Positions 1 to 9,256 of a DNA stretch of 64,000 nt are shown here, one piece after another. Under the pieces are notes generated by a model. It was given only the letters and a program-made list of their open reading frames with translations, did not search any database and was not told the DNA's origin. Origin of the DNA: a virus (lineage: Duplodnaviria > Caudoviricetes); IMG/VR virus record IMGVR_UViG_3300024252_000005. One strand, written 5' to 3'. The translations under genes and the position numbers were made by a program. Numbering within the stretch: the first letter of the stretch is position 1; every line of letters begins with the position of its first letter.

Positions 1-2
1 TA

Positions 3-3000
3 TCTGATGGTGGTACGTTGAAGCGAGCTGGCTTTAGTGTTATACGTGATGCTATATTCAACGACATATCTGGAAATGCTACAGTAGCAGCTGGTGGAGC
101 TCTTACAATTGCTTCAGCATCAATTACAGGACAAACTGCAGAGGCTTCTATTGCCGATGATGACTTAATTCTAATTTCAGATACTTCTGCATCAGGTGCA
201 TTAAGAAAAATGACAAAGGCAAACTTTGTTAGTGGGCTAGGTGGTGGCACATTAGCTAATGTTGTAGAAGATACAACACCACAGCTTGGTGGAGCTTTAG
301 ATGTTAATGGTAAAGATATTGTTTCTTTGTCAAACGGAAATATTACGCTTATACCAAATGGATCCGGAGTAGTTAGAATTGATGGTACTTCTGGCATTGA
401 CATGGAGAGCGGATCAATCTCAGTAAAGAATAGCGGATCAGTTTCAAACATTAAACTTTATTGTGAGTCTAGTAATTCACACTACACACAATTGCAATCT
501 GCAGCACATGCAAGCTATAGTGGCAATGTTACCTTAACTTTACCAGCAACAACGGGTACTTTAGTAGGAACTGGAGATACAGGATCAGTTTCAAATACAA
601 TGCTTGCTGGATCTATTGCAAATGCTAAGTTAGCTAACTCTGCATTAACGGTAACTGCAGGTGATGGACTTTCAGGCGGCGGTTCAGTTGCATTAGGTGC
701 TTCAACTTCATTAGCATTAGATCTTAATGAATTAACTGCTGCAGTTGTTGATGTTGCTAATGACAGTATTGTTATTATTGATGCTAATGATAGTAATGCT
801 TCAAAGAAAGAATCAGTTGTTGATCTTGTTGCAGGTGTAGCAGGTACAGGATTAAGCGCTTCAAGCGGTCAGTTATCAATTGATGGAACAGTAACTACTT
901 TAGCAGGTTCTCAAACATTGACCAATAAGACGCTTACAAGCCCAGCGCTTAATACAGGTGTTTCAGGTACTGCAGTTCTTGATGAAGATGATATGAATTC
1001 TAACAGCGCTACAAAGCTTGCAACACAGCAATCAATCAAGGCTTACGTTGATGCACAGGTTGCTGGTGGTGGTCTTAATATTGATGGATATAGTGCTTTA
1101 GGCGGATCTGGAGTTCATCAAACTCAAGATCACTTTGTTTTATCTGATAATGGTACAGAGAAGAAGATTACTTTTTCAAATCTTGAGGATGCAATCTTTG
1201 CAAACATTTCTGGTGATGCTACAATTGCTGCTGGTGGAGCTCTAACAGTTGGTGCAAATGCTGTAGAAGGTTCAATGCTTAACAACAACACTATTTCAGG
1301 ACAAACTGAAATGACAGGTGACGTCGCCGATGCTGATGAACTTCTAATTTCTGATGCTGGTACATTAAAGAGAGCGGATTTCAGTGTTGTACGAGATGCA
1401 GTATTTAACGATGTTAGCGGAGACGCTACAGTAGCATCAGGTGGTGCTTTAACAATTGCTGCTACTTCTGTTGAGAACAGCATGCTTGCTGGTTCAATTA
1501 CAGCTGCAAAGATGAACAATGCAATATTTGCTGATCTTGAAACTCTCGGTGCTCCAGCATCTGATGGACAATTTATTGTAGCAACAGGTTCGGGTGCTTT
1601 TGCTTACGAAAGCGCAAATACAGCAAGAACTTCGTTAGGTTTAGGAACAGGTGACAGTCCTACATTTACTAGCTTGGCACTTTCAGGTCAAGCAGCAGCT
1701 CTTGCAATGAACAGCCAGAAAATTACTGGATTGGCAACACCTACAGCTGACGGTGATGCTGCAACAAAGAGCTATGTAGACTCTGTAGCACAAGGCCTAT
1801 CAGCTAAAGACTCAGTTAGAGCAGCAACAACTGCCAACGGAACTCTAGGTTCTGCGTTTGCTAACAGTCAGGCTATCGATGGTGTAACTTTAGCAACTGG
1901 TGATAGAATTCTCATTAAGGATCAATCAACTGCTTCAGAAAACGGTATTTATACAGTTAATGCTTCAGGCGCTCCGACACGAGCTGTAGACTTTGACGCA
2001 AATGCAGAAGTAGCTAAAGGAGCATTTATCTTCGTAGAAGAAGGAACAACAAACGCTGATGCTGGCTTTGTATTGACTACAGACGGAGCAATTACTTTAG
2101 GTTCTACATCTTTAGCGTTTACACAGTTTAGTGGTGCAGGTGACATTACTGCAGGCTCAGCTTTGACAAAGAGCGGCAATACACTCAATGTAGCTGTAGA
2201 TGACAGCTCAATCGAAGTTAGCTCAGATGCAATTAGAGTAAAGGCATCAGGAATTACAAGCGCAATGCTTGCTGGTTCAATTGCAAACTCTAAGCTTAAC
2301 GCAATTACAACTGCTAATAAGGTTGCTCTTTCTTCGCTTGATCTAGACGGTGGTACAGACATTGGTGCAGATCTTGCTGATGCTGATCTTATCGTTGTTG
2401 ATGATGGTGCAGGTGGTACTAATCGTAAGGCAGCACTTTCTAGAATGAAGAAATATGTTTACTCTTCAATTAGTGGTGATGCTACAGCTTCTGATGCAGG
2501 CGCGTTAACAATTGCAGCTAATGCTGTAGAAGGTTCAATGCTTAATAATAATGCTATTTCAGGTCAAACTGAGATGACGGGCGATGTTGCAGATACAGAC
2601 GAGCTTATGATCTCTGATGCTGGTACATTAAAGCGAGCTGACTTTAGCGTTGTAAGAGACGCAGTCTTTAACGACGTGAGTGGTGATGCTACAGTAGCAG
2701 CAGGAGGCGCGCTTACAATTGCTTCTGGTGCTGTTGAGACTGCAATGGTTAATGCTAACGTTTTGACAGGCCAAACTGCAGAAACGTCTATTGCTGATGA
2801 TGATCTTGTACTTATCTATGATACTTCAGCAACAGCGTTAAGAAAGATGACAAAAGCTAATTTCGTTAGTGGCTTGAGTGGCGGTGCAGCTGCAGATGAT
2901 ATTACAACAGGTGACGCTGCTGTTACTTTAGCAACATCTTCAGGTAATATTACAATTGATGCCCAAGGTAATGATACAGATATTATATTCAAGGGAACAG

Positions 3001-4445
3001 ATAACAATTCAGATATTACAATGTTAACCTTGGATGGTTCTAATGCAGGTGCTGCAACATTTAACTCAAGTGTTACTGTAGGCGGCTCATTGCTACCTTC
3101 AACTGCAAATAATCGCACTTTAGGTTCATCTTCGGCTGAGTGGTCGGATTTATATCTTGGTGATTCAAGCGTCATATACTTTGGTAATGATCAAGACGTA
3201 AGATTAACTCATGACCCAGATGATGGTCTTCGTTTTGATTTAGGAGGGTCTGAAGGTTCACACGATCCACAGCTTCAACTTAAAAGCAATAACGCATCAA
3301 GTGCTGGCCCTCGTTTAACATTTACACAGGAAAGTGCTTCTCCAGCAGCTCATGATAAATTAGGTCAAATTCTTTTTCAAGGTCATGACAGTGCTGGTAA
3401 TTTACAAGATTACGGTTATATTCATGGTAAAATATCAGACCCTGCAGACAGTTCAGAAGCAGGTACGATTTCAATACTTGCGTGGCCAGCATCAGGTAAT
3501 ACTCGTGGATTACACGTATCAGCGATCAACGATGGAACCGCACTATTGTCAAAAGTAAATATTGACCACGGAGCTGGGTATGGATTATACTTAAATAATA
3601 CACTAGTAACTTCGACAGCAGCTGAATTAAACTTACTTGATGGCGCTACTTCAGCTACTTCGACAACTTTAGTTGATGCTGACAGGGTTATTGTTAATGA
3701 TGCAGGAACAATGAAGCAGGTAGCACTTTCAGATGTTAAGACGTATATAGGAGCTGGCGCTGCAGATGATCTGACTACAGGTGACGCAGCAGTTACTTTA
3801 GCAACATCTTCAGGTAATATTACAATTGATGCTCAAGGTAATGACACAGATATCATATTCAAGGGAACAGATAACAATTCTGACATTACAATGTTAACCT
3901 TAGATGGTTCAGAAGCTGGTGACGCAACATTTAATAGAAACGTTACTGTAACTGGCGACATTATTCTTGATGACGGCGGATCTATTAAGGAAGCAGGCGG
4001 AACTGCTGCTATTACAATTGATGCTTCTGGTGAAGTGACTAAGATTGGACAAGATTCACCTTCAGACGGACAGGTATTAACTTGGGACAACTCAAACTCA
4101 AAAGTAGTTTGGTCTGCAGCTAGTGGTGGTGGATCTCAATTACCGCCAGAAGTAAAGACAGTCTCAACAACTGCAACTATTTCGCTAACACCTTCAAATG
4201 CTTCTACATACAATGCAATTGAAGTAATTTACACTACAACAGGATCAAGTGCTTATACAGTTACACTACCTACAGCTGCAAGTATTGAAGGTAAGAAGAT
4301 CCATGTTAAGAGGCTTGCAACTGCTAATGTCACAGTTGACGGACACAGTTCAGAAACAATTGATGGATCAGCAACGTTTGTATTGACAACACAATATAGC
4401 TCTGTAACAATGATTTCAGACGGTACAAATTGGTTGATTATCTAA
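3..4445 (+). CDS. Long tail fibre / fibre-like virion protein, 5'-truncated by the window edge
   Basis: The frame is open from nt 3 (SDGGTLKRA...), matching the internal repeat ISDAGTLKRADFSVVRDAVFND, so the TTG at 18 is not the real start. Ala/Gly/Ser/Thr/Asp-rich with many internal repeats; contains the common phage fibre segment VRAATT..GTL...DGVTL.TGDRILIKDQ...ENGIY and a C-terminal TLPTAASIEGKKIHVK...IDG..TFVL..QYSSVTMISDGTNWLII tip-like domain. Confidence 0.8.
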   Translation, partial: SDGGTLKRAGFSVIRDAIFNDISGNATVAAGGALTIASASITGQTAEASIADDDLILISDTSASGALRKMTKANFVSGLGGGTLANVVEDTTPQLGGALDVNGKDIVSLSNGNITLIPNGSGVVRIDGTSGIDMESGSISVKNSGSVSNIKLYCESSNSHYTQLQSAAHASYSGNVTLTLPATTGTLVGTGDTGSVSNTMLAGSIANAKLANSALTVTAGDGLSGGGSVALGASTSLALDLNELTAAVVDVANDSIVIIDANDSNASKKESVVDLVAGVAGTGLSASSGQLSIDGTVTTLAGSQTLTNKTLTSPALNTGVSGTAVLDEDDMNSNSATKLATQQSIKAYVDAQVAGGGLNIDGYSALGGSGVHQTQDHFVLSDNGTEKKITFSNLEDAIFANISGDATIAAGGALTVGANAVEGSMLNNNTISGQTEMTGDVADADELLISDAGTLKRADFSVVRDAVFNDVSGDATVASGGALTIAATSVENSMLAGSITAAKMNNAIFADLETLGAPASDGQFIVATGSGAFAYESANTARTSLGLGTGDSPTFTSLALSGQAAALAMNSQKITGLATPTADGDAATKSYVDSVAQGLSAKDSVRAATTANGTLGSAFANSQAIDGVTLATGDRILIKDQSTASENGIYTVNASGAPTRAVDFDANAEVAKGAFIFVEEGTTNADAGFVLTTDGAITLGSTSLAFTQFSGAGDITAGSALTKSGNTLNVAVDDSSIEVSSDAIRVKASGITSAMLAGSIANSKLNAITTANKVALSSLDLDGGTDIGADLADADLIVVDDGAGGTNRKAALSRMKKYVYSSISGDATASDAGALTIAANAVEGSMLNNNAISGQTEMTGDVADTDELMISDAGTLKRADFSVVRDAVFNDVSGDATVAAGGALTIASGAVETAMVNANVLTGQTAETSIADDDLVLIYDTSATALRKMTKANFVSGLSGGAAADDITTGDAAVTLATSSGNITIDAQGNDTDIIFKGTDNNSDITMLTLDGSNAGAATFNSSVTVGGSLLPSTANNRTLGSSSAEWSDLYLGDSSVIYFGNDQDVRLTHDPDDGLRFDLGGSEGSHDPQLQLKSNNASSAGPRLTFTQESASPAAHDKLGQILFQGHDSAGNLQDYGYIHGKISDPADSSEAGTISILAWPASGNTRGLHVSAINDGTALLSKVNIDHGAGYGLYLNNTLVTSTAAELNLLDGATSATSTTLVDADRVIVNDAGTMKQVALSDVKTYIGAGAADDLTTGDAAVTLATSSGNITIDAQGNDTDIIFKGTDNNSDITMLTLDGSEAGDATFNRNVTVTGDIILDDGGSIKEAGGTAAITIDASGEVTKIGQDSPSDGQVLTWDNSNSKVVWSAASGGGSQLPPEVKTVSTTATISLTPSNASTYNAIEVIYTTTGSSAYTVTLPTAASIEGKKIHVKRLATANVTVDGHSSETIDGSATFVLTTQYSSVTMISDGTNWLII
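2889..3040 (+). repeat. 152-bp direct repeat, copy 1, inside the fibre gene (AADDITTGDAAVTLATSSGNITIDAQGNDTDIIFKGTDNNSDITMLTLDGS)
   Basis: Near-identical to 3759-3910; differences are almost all synonymous. Confidence 0.95.
3759..3910 (+). repeat. 152-bp direct repeat, copy 2, inside the fibre gene
   Basis: Near-identical to 2889-3040. Confidence 0.95.
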
Positions 4446-4470
4446 TATTAATTAATTAAGTTATAAATTG

Positions 4471-4507
4471 GATATCTCTTTCATATAATATAATAGAAAG
4501 AGAGGTC
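4471..4507 (+). promoter_or_regulatory. Stem-loop that covers the putative RBS of the nuclease gene, with TATAAT boxes in the loop
   Basis: GATaTCTCTTTC (4471-4482) pairs with GAAAGAGAgGTC (4496-4507). The 13-nt loop ATATAATATAATA holds TATAAT at 4484 and 4489. ATG at 4512. Confidence 0.55.
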
Positions 4508-4511
4508 TGTT

Positions 4512-5345
4512 ATGACTGTATTGAAAGAACATGTTTCATTTTCTGAAATGAAGCAATGGAAAGAATGTTCTTGGCGGCACAAATTATTATATATTGATAA
4601 ACTATCTACTTTTGAAGAATCACCTCACTTGCATTATGGAACAATAATCCACGATGCATGTGAGCATTTTTTAAAAACTAGAGAGCTAAAAATAGACGAA
4701 GCAAAAGCTAAGATAAAAAAAGCTTGGGATGAAAATGGTTTTGACTCTGACGACTTTATACAGTTGCAGAGTCAAAAATCAAAGTTGCAAGGTTGGAATT
4801 ATAATCACAGTAAATTAGAAGACTGGCTCAAATGGACTGAGGCTTCTTTGAATTCTTTAGAAGAGTTTCTTGATGATACATTTCCTGATTGGGAGCTAGT
4901 ATCAGCAGAAGACCCACTTTATGAGAGCATAGATAATATATCCACTAAATTTAAAGGATACATAGACTGCATTATAAAGATACCATATAAGAATGACTAC
5001 AAGTACTGGATTATCGACTGGAAAACTTCTAACGGTAGAGGCTGGTCTATTGAAAAGCAAAGAGACTTTTTAACTCAATCACAAATAATTTTATATAAGC
5101 ACTTCTGGGGAAACAAAAACAATATTGATATGAAAAAAATACAATGTGGCTTTGTACTACTAAAAAAAGTTAAAAAGCAAGGAAAAGCATGTCAATTAAT
5201 AAAGGTTTCTAGTGGGCCTAAGAGTATTGAAAAAGCAAGCAAAATTATAAGAAGTATGATAAAAAATGTAAGCAAAAGCATATATTTGAAAAATAGAATG
5301 TCTTGTAAATTTTGTATATTTAAAGATACAGATCATTGTAAGTAG
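4512..5345 (+). CDS. PD-(D/E)XK exonuclease, Cas4/AddB/RecB-like, with a probable Fe-S staple
   Basis: N-terminal SFSEM..W.EC; HYGTIIHD; FKGYIDCI...IIDWKT catalytic motif; C-terminal CKFC-x7-C. Confidence 0.85.
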   Translation: MTVLKEHVSFSEMKQWKECSWRHKLLYIDKLSTFEESPHLHYGTIIHDACEHFLKTRELKIDEAKAKIKKAWDENGFDSDDFIQLQSQKSKLQGWNYNHSKLEDWLKWTEASLNSLEEFLDDTFPDWELVSAEDPLYESIDNISTKFKGYIDCIIKIPYKNDYKYWIIDWKTSNGRGWSIEKQRDFLTQSQIILYKHFWGNKNNIDMKKIQCGFVLLKKVKKQGKACQLIKVSSGPKSIEKASKIIRSMIKNVSKSIYLKNRMSCKFCIFKDTDHCK

Positions 5346-5352
5346 GTTTTAA

Positions 5353-6600
5353 TTGGAAAAGAAAAAAATATTAGTTATTTCTGATCATGCATATTCTCCA
5401 AGTGGAGTAGGTGTTCAAACAAAATACTTAATAGAAGGTCTTTTAGACAAAAACAAATACAAGTTCATTCAGCTTGGTTGCGCTTTGAAACACTATGATT
5501 ATAGAACAAAAAAAGTATCAGAAGATTTCATAATTAAACCTATAGACGGCTTTGGGAATGCAAATTTGTTAAGAACTGTGCTGCTAAAAGAACAACCTTC
5601 AGCAATAATAATATTTTCAGACCCAAGATTTTTTACTTGGTTATTTGAAATAGAAGACGAAGTTAGAAAGCTTTGTCCTATATTGTGGTGGCATGTGTGG
5701 GATAATCTCCCTTACCCAAAGTTTAACGAATGGATGTATAAATCAGTTGATGCAATTAATTGTCACTCTTATTTGACGTATAGCATGTGCAAAGATAACT
5801 TTCCAGAAAAAACTACTTTTATACCGCATGCTCTTCCTAGCAATATATTTTATAGACTCAATAAGCGCGAAATTTTAGATGAGAAGAGTAGAATACTAGG
5901 TGAAGAAAGAAAAGATAATTTTGTATGCCTATGGATGAACAGAAACTGCAAAAGAAAAAGACCTGCAGATGTTCTGCGTTCTTGGAAACTGTTTTTAAAT
6001 ATGATTCCAGAAAAAGAAAGAAACAATGTAACGTTGCTAATGCATACTAACCCAGAAGATAAAGCTGGTAACGATTTATACGAAGTAGGCAAAATGCTTG
6101 ATATACTTGATTCTTTAGCTTTTTCAACTGAAGTCTTAGAAGAGAAGCTAATTAATATAATTCACAACATATCAGATGTATGTTTAAATATAAGCTTCAA
6201 TGAAGGCTTTGGGCTTGCAACATTAGGATCAATGCAAGTAGGAAATCCAATTATAGCATCTAAAACTGGTGGGCTATATAGGCAAGTAATAAATTATAGA
6301 GATGGTACTATGAATGGTATAGGTTTAGAACCTAAACTTAAAACTCTTGTAGGCAGTCAAAATATACCTTATATCTTTGAAGAATACGTCAGCTGTGAAG
6401 ATACTGCTATAGCATTAAAAAACATCTATAGACTAAATGATCGTGAAAAAGATAAGATTAGTAAAAAGGTAGAGCTATATGTAAAAGAAGAGTTTTCTTA
6501 TAAAAAGACAATAGAATTGTGGCATAAATCAATTCAAGATGTTATTGATATTCATAAAATCAAAAAAACGCAAAAATCTGCGAGAATTACTAATTTATGA
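5353..6600 (+). CDS. GT-B fold (GT4-like) glycosyltransferase
   Basis: KILVISD..SPSGVG N-terminus; NRNCKRKR.AD; EGFGL motif. The usual second Glu of EX7E is Gly here. Confidence 0.85.
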   Translation: MEKKKILVISDHAYSPSGVGVQTKYLIEGLLDKNKYKFIQLGCALKHYDYRTKKVSEDFIIKPIDGFGNANLLRTVLLKEQPSAIIIFSDPRFFTWLFEIEDEVRKLCPILWWHVWDNLPYPKFNEWMYKSVDAINCHSYLTYSMCKDNFPEKTTFIPHALPSNIFYRLNKREILDEKSRILGEERKDNFVCLWMNRNCKRKRPADVLRSWKLFLNMIPEKERNNVTLLMHTNPEDKAGNDLYEVGKMLDILDSLAFSTEVLEEKLINIIHNISDVCLNISFNEGFGLATLGSMQVGNPIIASKTGGLYRQVINYRDGTMNGIGLEPKLKTLVGSQNIPYIFEEYVSCEDTAIALKNIYRLNDREKDKISKKVELYVKEEFSYKKTIELWHKSIQDVIDIHKIKKTQKSARITNL

Positions 6601-7775
6601 AAAAGAAAAAAGTTTTATTAAAGGGGCCTCTACTTACTAACAGCGGTTATGGTGTTCATTCTAGACAAGTATTTAGTGCTTTAATCAGTAGAAAAGACAT
6701 AGATTTGTATGCAATACCTACAAGATGGGGCAATACTTCATGGATTCTAGACAGAGAATTTAATAATGGCTTGATTGGAGAAATATTTGACATATGCCTT
6801 AAAAGCAAAAACAATATTTCTTTTGATGAGTCATATCAGGTTTTAATTCCGAACGAGTGGAGCTTATTAGCAAATAAAAATATAGGCATTACAGCTGGTT
6901 TTGAGTCAGATATTGTTAAATTATCTTGGATCTCTAAAGTAAACGAAATGGACCATGTAATAGTACCATCTATGTTTACCAGAAATGCTTTTGTTAGAAC
7001 TTCTTTAGAAAAAGGTGTAAACATAAATGCAGATATTGAAGTGATAAACGAGTGGTATTACGATAACTTTGATAAAATTGAGTTAAAAGAAGATATTTTT
7101 GACTGCTTAAGACATGAAAACAATATATTGGTAATGTGTCAAATAACAGCTAGTAGTACGTTATCTGATAGAAAAAATGCATATAAGACTATATCAACAG
7201 CTTTAGAGTTTATAAGAGACAAAAAAGACTTTGGATTATTGCTTAAGATTAATACGGGCAATTATTCTCAAAAGTGCTTTGAAAAGATTGACAAAGATAT
7301 ATTTGATAATTTTGGTGACTTATGTAAAGACAAAGTATCTATTATAAGTGAAAGCTTGAGCATAGAAGGTTTAATGCACTTATATTCTTCTCAAAAAGTA
7401 AAGTGCATGCTTTCAGGAACTAGAGGAGAAGGTTGGGGCTTACCTTTTGTCGAAGCAAGTTCTTGTGGTTTACCTATAATTTCAACAAATTACTCATCAT
7501 ATTTAGAGTTTTTAGAAGAAGATTTGCTTGGAGTTGACTATGACTTAGTAGATATAAAATTAGATGATGAAATGTTTACTGATAGTGACTCTTCACCTAA
7601 GTGGGCAGAGTTTAGAGGAGAAAGCATGCTTGAAGAATTGAATAAATTAGCAAATAATTATGATTTTTACAAAGAAATTGCTGTAAAAAGATCAAAAATT
7701 ATTAAACAAAAATATAGCATTGAGTCTATAATGAATACTTATAAATTATTTTTTGAGAAAATTGAACAACAATGA
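6597..7775 (+). CDS. GT-B fold (GT4-like) glycosyltransferase
   Basis: KVLLKGP..TNSGYG; RKN; intact GEGWGLPFVEA..CGLPIIST EX7E motif; ATGA overlap with the upstream GT. Confidence 0.85.
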   Translation: MKKKKVLLKGPLLTNSGYGVHSRQVFSALISRKDIDLYAIPTRWGNTSWILDREFNNGLIGEIFDICLKSKNNISFDESYQVLIPNEWSLLANKNIGITAGFESDIVKLSWISKVNEMDHVIVPSMFTRNAFVRTSLEKGVNINADIEVINEWYYDNFDKIELKEDIFDCLRHENNILVMCQITASSTLSDRKNAYKTISTALEFIRDKKDFGLLLKINTGNYSQKCFEKIDKDIFDNFGDLCKDKVSIISESLSIEGLMHLYSSQKVKCMLSGTRGEGWGLPFVEASSCGLPIISTNYSSYLEFLEEDLLGVDYDLVDIKLDDEMFTDSDSSPKWAEFRGESMLEELNKLANNYDFYKEIAVKRSKIIKQKYSIESIMNTYKLFFEKIEQQ

Positions 7776-8089
7776 GTTTTTTAATAGCAGTACTTGTATT
7801 TTTTATTGTTTTTTTTGGGTTTTTTTGTATAAAATTTGCAATTGCATTAATTAGAGTACAAGAAGCAATAGAAGATGCGTTAGATGAAATAGACGCAAAA
7901 TACAATAGCATAAGTAGAATTTTGCAGATACCTGTATTTTTTGATAGCCCAGAAGTTAAAAGAATAGTTAGCGAAATTTATGATGTAAGAGAATCAATCA
8001 TTTATGTTGCAGATAGACTTTCAAATTCAGTTAACAAAAAAACAAAAACAGGAATTACAAGCGAAAGTGAAGAAGATTTAGAATCTTAA
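7772..8089 (+). CDS. Small membrane-anchored coiled-coil protein
   Basis: Hydrophobic N-terminal helix (FLIAVLVFFIVFFGFFC) followed by a helical domain; ATGA overlap. Confidence 0.6.
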   Translation: MSFLIAVLVFFIVFFGFFCIKFAIALIRVQEAIEDALDEIDAKYNSISRILQIPVFFDSPEVKRIVSEIYDVRESIIYVADRLSNSVNKKTKTGITSESEEDLES

Positions 8090-8098
8090 TGAAAAGAG

Positions 8099-8860
8099 TT
8101 GACTTTGAAAAAGAAAGATTTACCATCTAACAAAAAAGAGGAACCAAAAAAGAAGAAAAAGAAGAAGTCTAATTATTATTTTACACTTGATACACAAAAT
8201 AAAATTGTAGAATATCAGCAGTTAAAAAATAAAAGAAGACAAGACAAAATTTATACTGAACATATTCAGCCAGCTTTTACAGAATTAGTACACAATCTCG
8301 TATCAGTTTATAAGTTTAAATCTTCTATAGAGGACATTAATCATTTAAAACATGATTGTGTTGTTTTTTTATATGAAACTCTATATAAGTGGAAGCCTGA
8401 GAATGGTACTAAAGCTTTTTCATATTTTAATGTAGTTGCTAAAAACTGGTTGACAATTCATTCAAGAAGATTATTAAAACATTCTAGGCGAAGTGTCTCT
8501 ACAGATAATCCTACAGATTTTACATCTTATGAAAAATCTCAGCTCAACAAAATAGACAAAGATGTTGCTGAAGAGTATGAAGATGCAATAAAAATAGAGG
8601 CATTTCCTACTACATTTCGAAACATACTAAGTCAAGTTAAAGTTAAGTTAAAAGATAACAGAGACTTTAGATGTATTGATGCTATACAACAAGTATTTGA
8701 CAACGTTGAAAATTTGGATTATCTAAATAAAAGGGCTGTTTTCGTATATTTGAGAGAAATATCAGGTCTAAATAGCACAGAATTATCTTCAAGCTTGTCA
8801 AATATTAGAAAACATTACAGAAAAATAATCGGGTCAGAGATTGACTTTGATTTCTTTTGA
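8099..8860 (+). CDS. Putative phage RNA polymerase sigma factor-like protein (gp55-like, late transcription)
   Basis: LKHDCVVFLYETLYKWKPENGTKAFSYFNVVAKN resembles sigma region 2 (D......L.....F....G..FS.Y). The C-terminal VYLREISGLNSTELSSSLSNIRK resembles a helix-turn-helix. The start codon is uncertain (TTG). Confidence 0.5.
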   Translation: MTLKKKDLPSNKKEEPKKKKKKKSNYYFTLDTQNKIVEYQQLKNKRRQDKIYTEHIQPAFTELVHNLVSVYKFKSSIEDINHLKHDCVVFLYETLYKWKPENGTKAFSYFNVVAKNWLTIHSRRLLKHSRRSVSTDNPTDFTSYEKSQLNKIDKDVAEEYEDAIKIEAFPTTFRNILSQVKVKLKDNRDFRCIDAIQQVFDNVENLDYLNKRAVFVYLREISGLNSTELSSSLSNIRKHYRKIIGSEIDFDFF

Positions 8861-8870
8861 GAGGTATTAA

Positions 8871-9248
8871 ATGAACGATAAAGATGTAGAAAAAGTATCT
8901 AATAACTTAGACAAAAATGAAAAAAAAGAAAATGCTATAAAGAACTTTGCAGACATACTTGACAGCATTGACACGCTAGAAAACAAAAAGAAGATGCTGT
9001 GGAAAGAGATATACGAAAATGCGCTTGAAGATAGAGAGAAGTCAAAGCTAATGTTTAATGATGCATATATTGGAATGCAAGGTGGAATAAACGAGCATAT
9101 GAATATAGGAGGTATTATGTCTAAGTACATTGAGAGAATGAGTAAGTCAAACGATCAGATACTTAAGTTAGCTGAATTAATTGCAAAAGAAGAAGAAAAA
9201 GAAGAAACAATATCAGACGATGATATTTTTAGTAAAATTAGCATTTAG
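8871..9248 (+). CDS. Hypothetical helical protein
   Basis: Clean ORF with a GAGG RBS; predicted helical (KYIERMSKSNDQILKLAELI). Confidence 0.6.
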   Translation: MNDKDVEKVSNNLDKNEKKENAIKNFADILDSIDTLENKKKMLWKEIYENALEDREKSKLMFNDAYIGMQGGINEHMNIGGIMSKYIERMSKSNDQILKLAELIAKEEEKEETISDDDIFSKISI

Positions 9249-9256
9249 AGAAGACT

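Noticed and set aside
18-20. ORF-track start of the fibre gene at TTG 18
   Set aside because: The frame is open to the window edge and begins mid-repeat; the true start lies upstream.
2889-3910. Fibre repeats as a DGR template/variable repeat pair
   Set aside because: Differences are not adenine-specific, fall at third codon positions, both copies are in-frame coding, and no reverse transcriptase is present.
1130-4090. Minus-strand ORFs of 85-137 aa opposite the fibre gene
   Set aside because: Antisense shadows of a codon-biased, repetitive gene; no RBS or motifs.
8089-8130. Short TAATG-coupled ORF MKRVDFEKERFTI overlapping the start of the sigma-like gene (possible frameshift or leader peptide)
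   Set aside because: Only 13 codons, out of frame, and with no independent support; it may be chance in an A-rich stretch.
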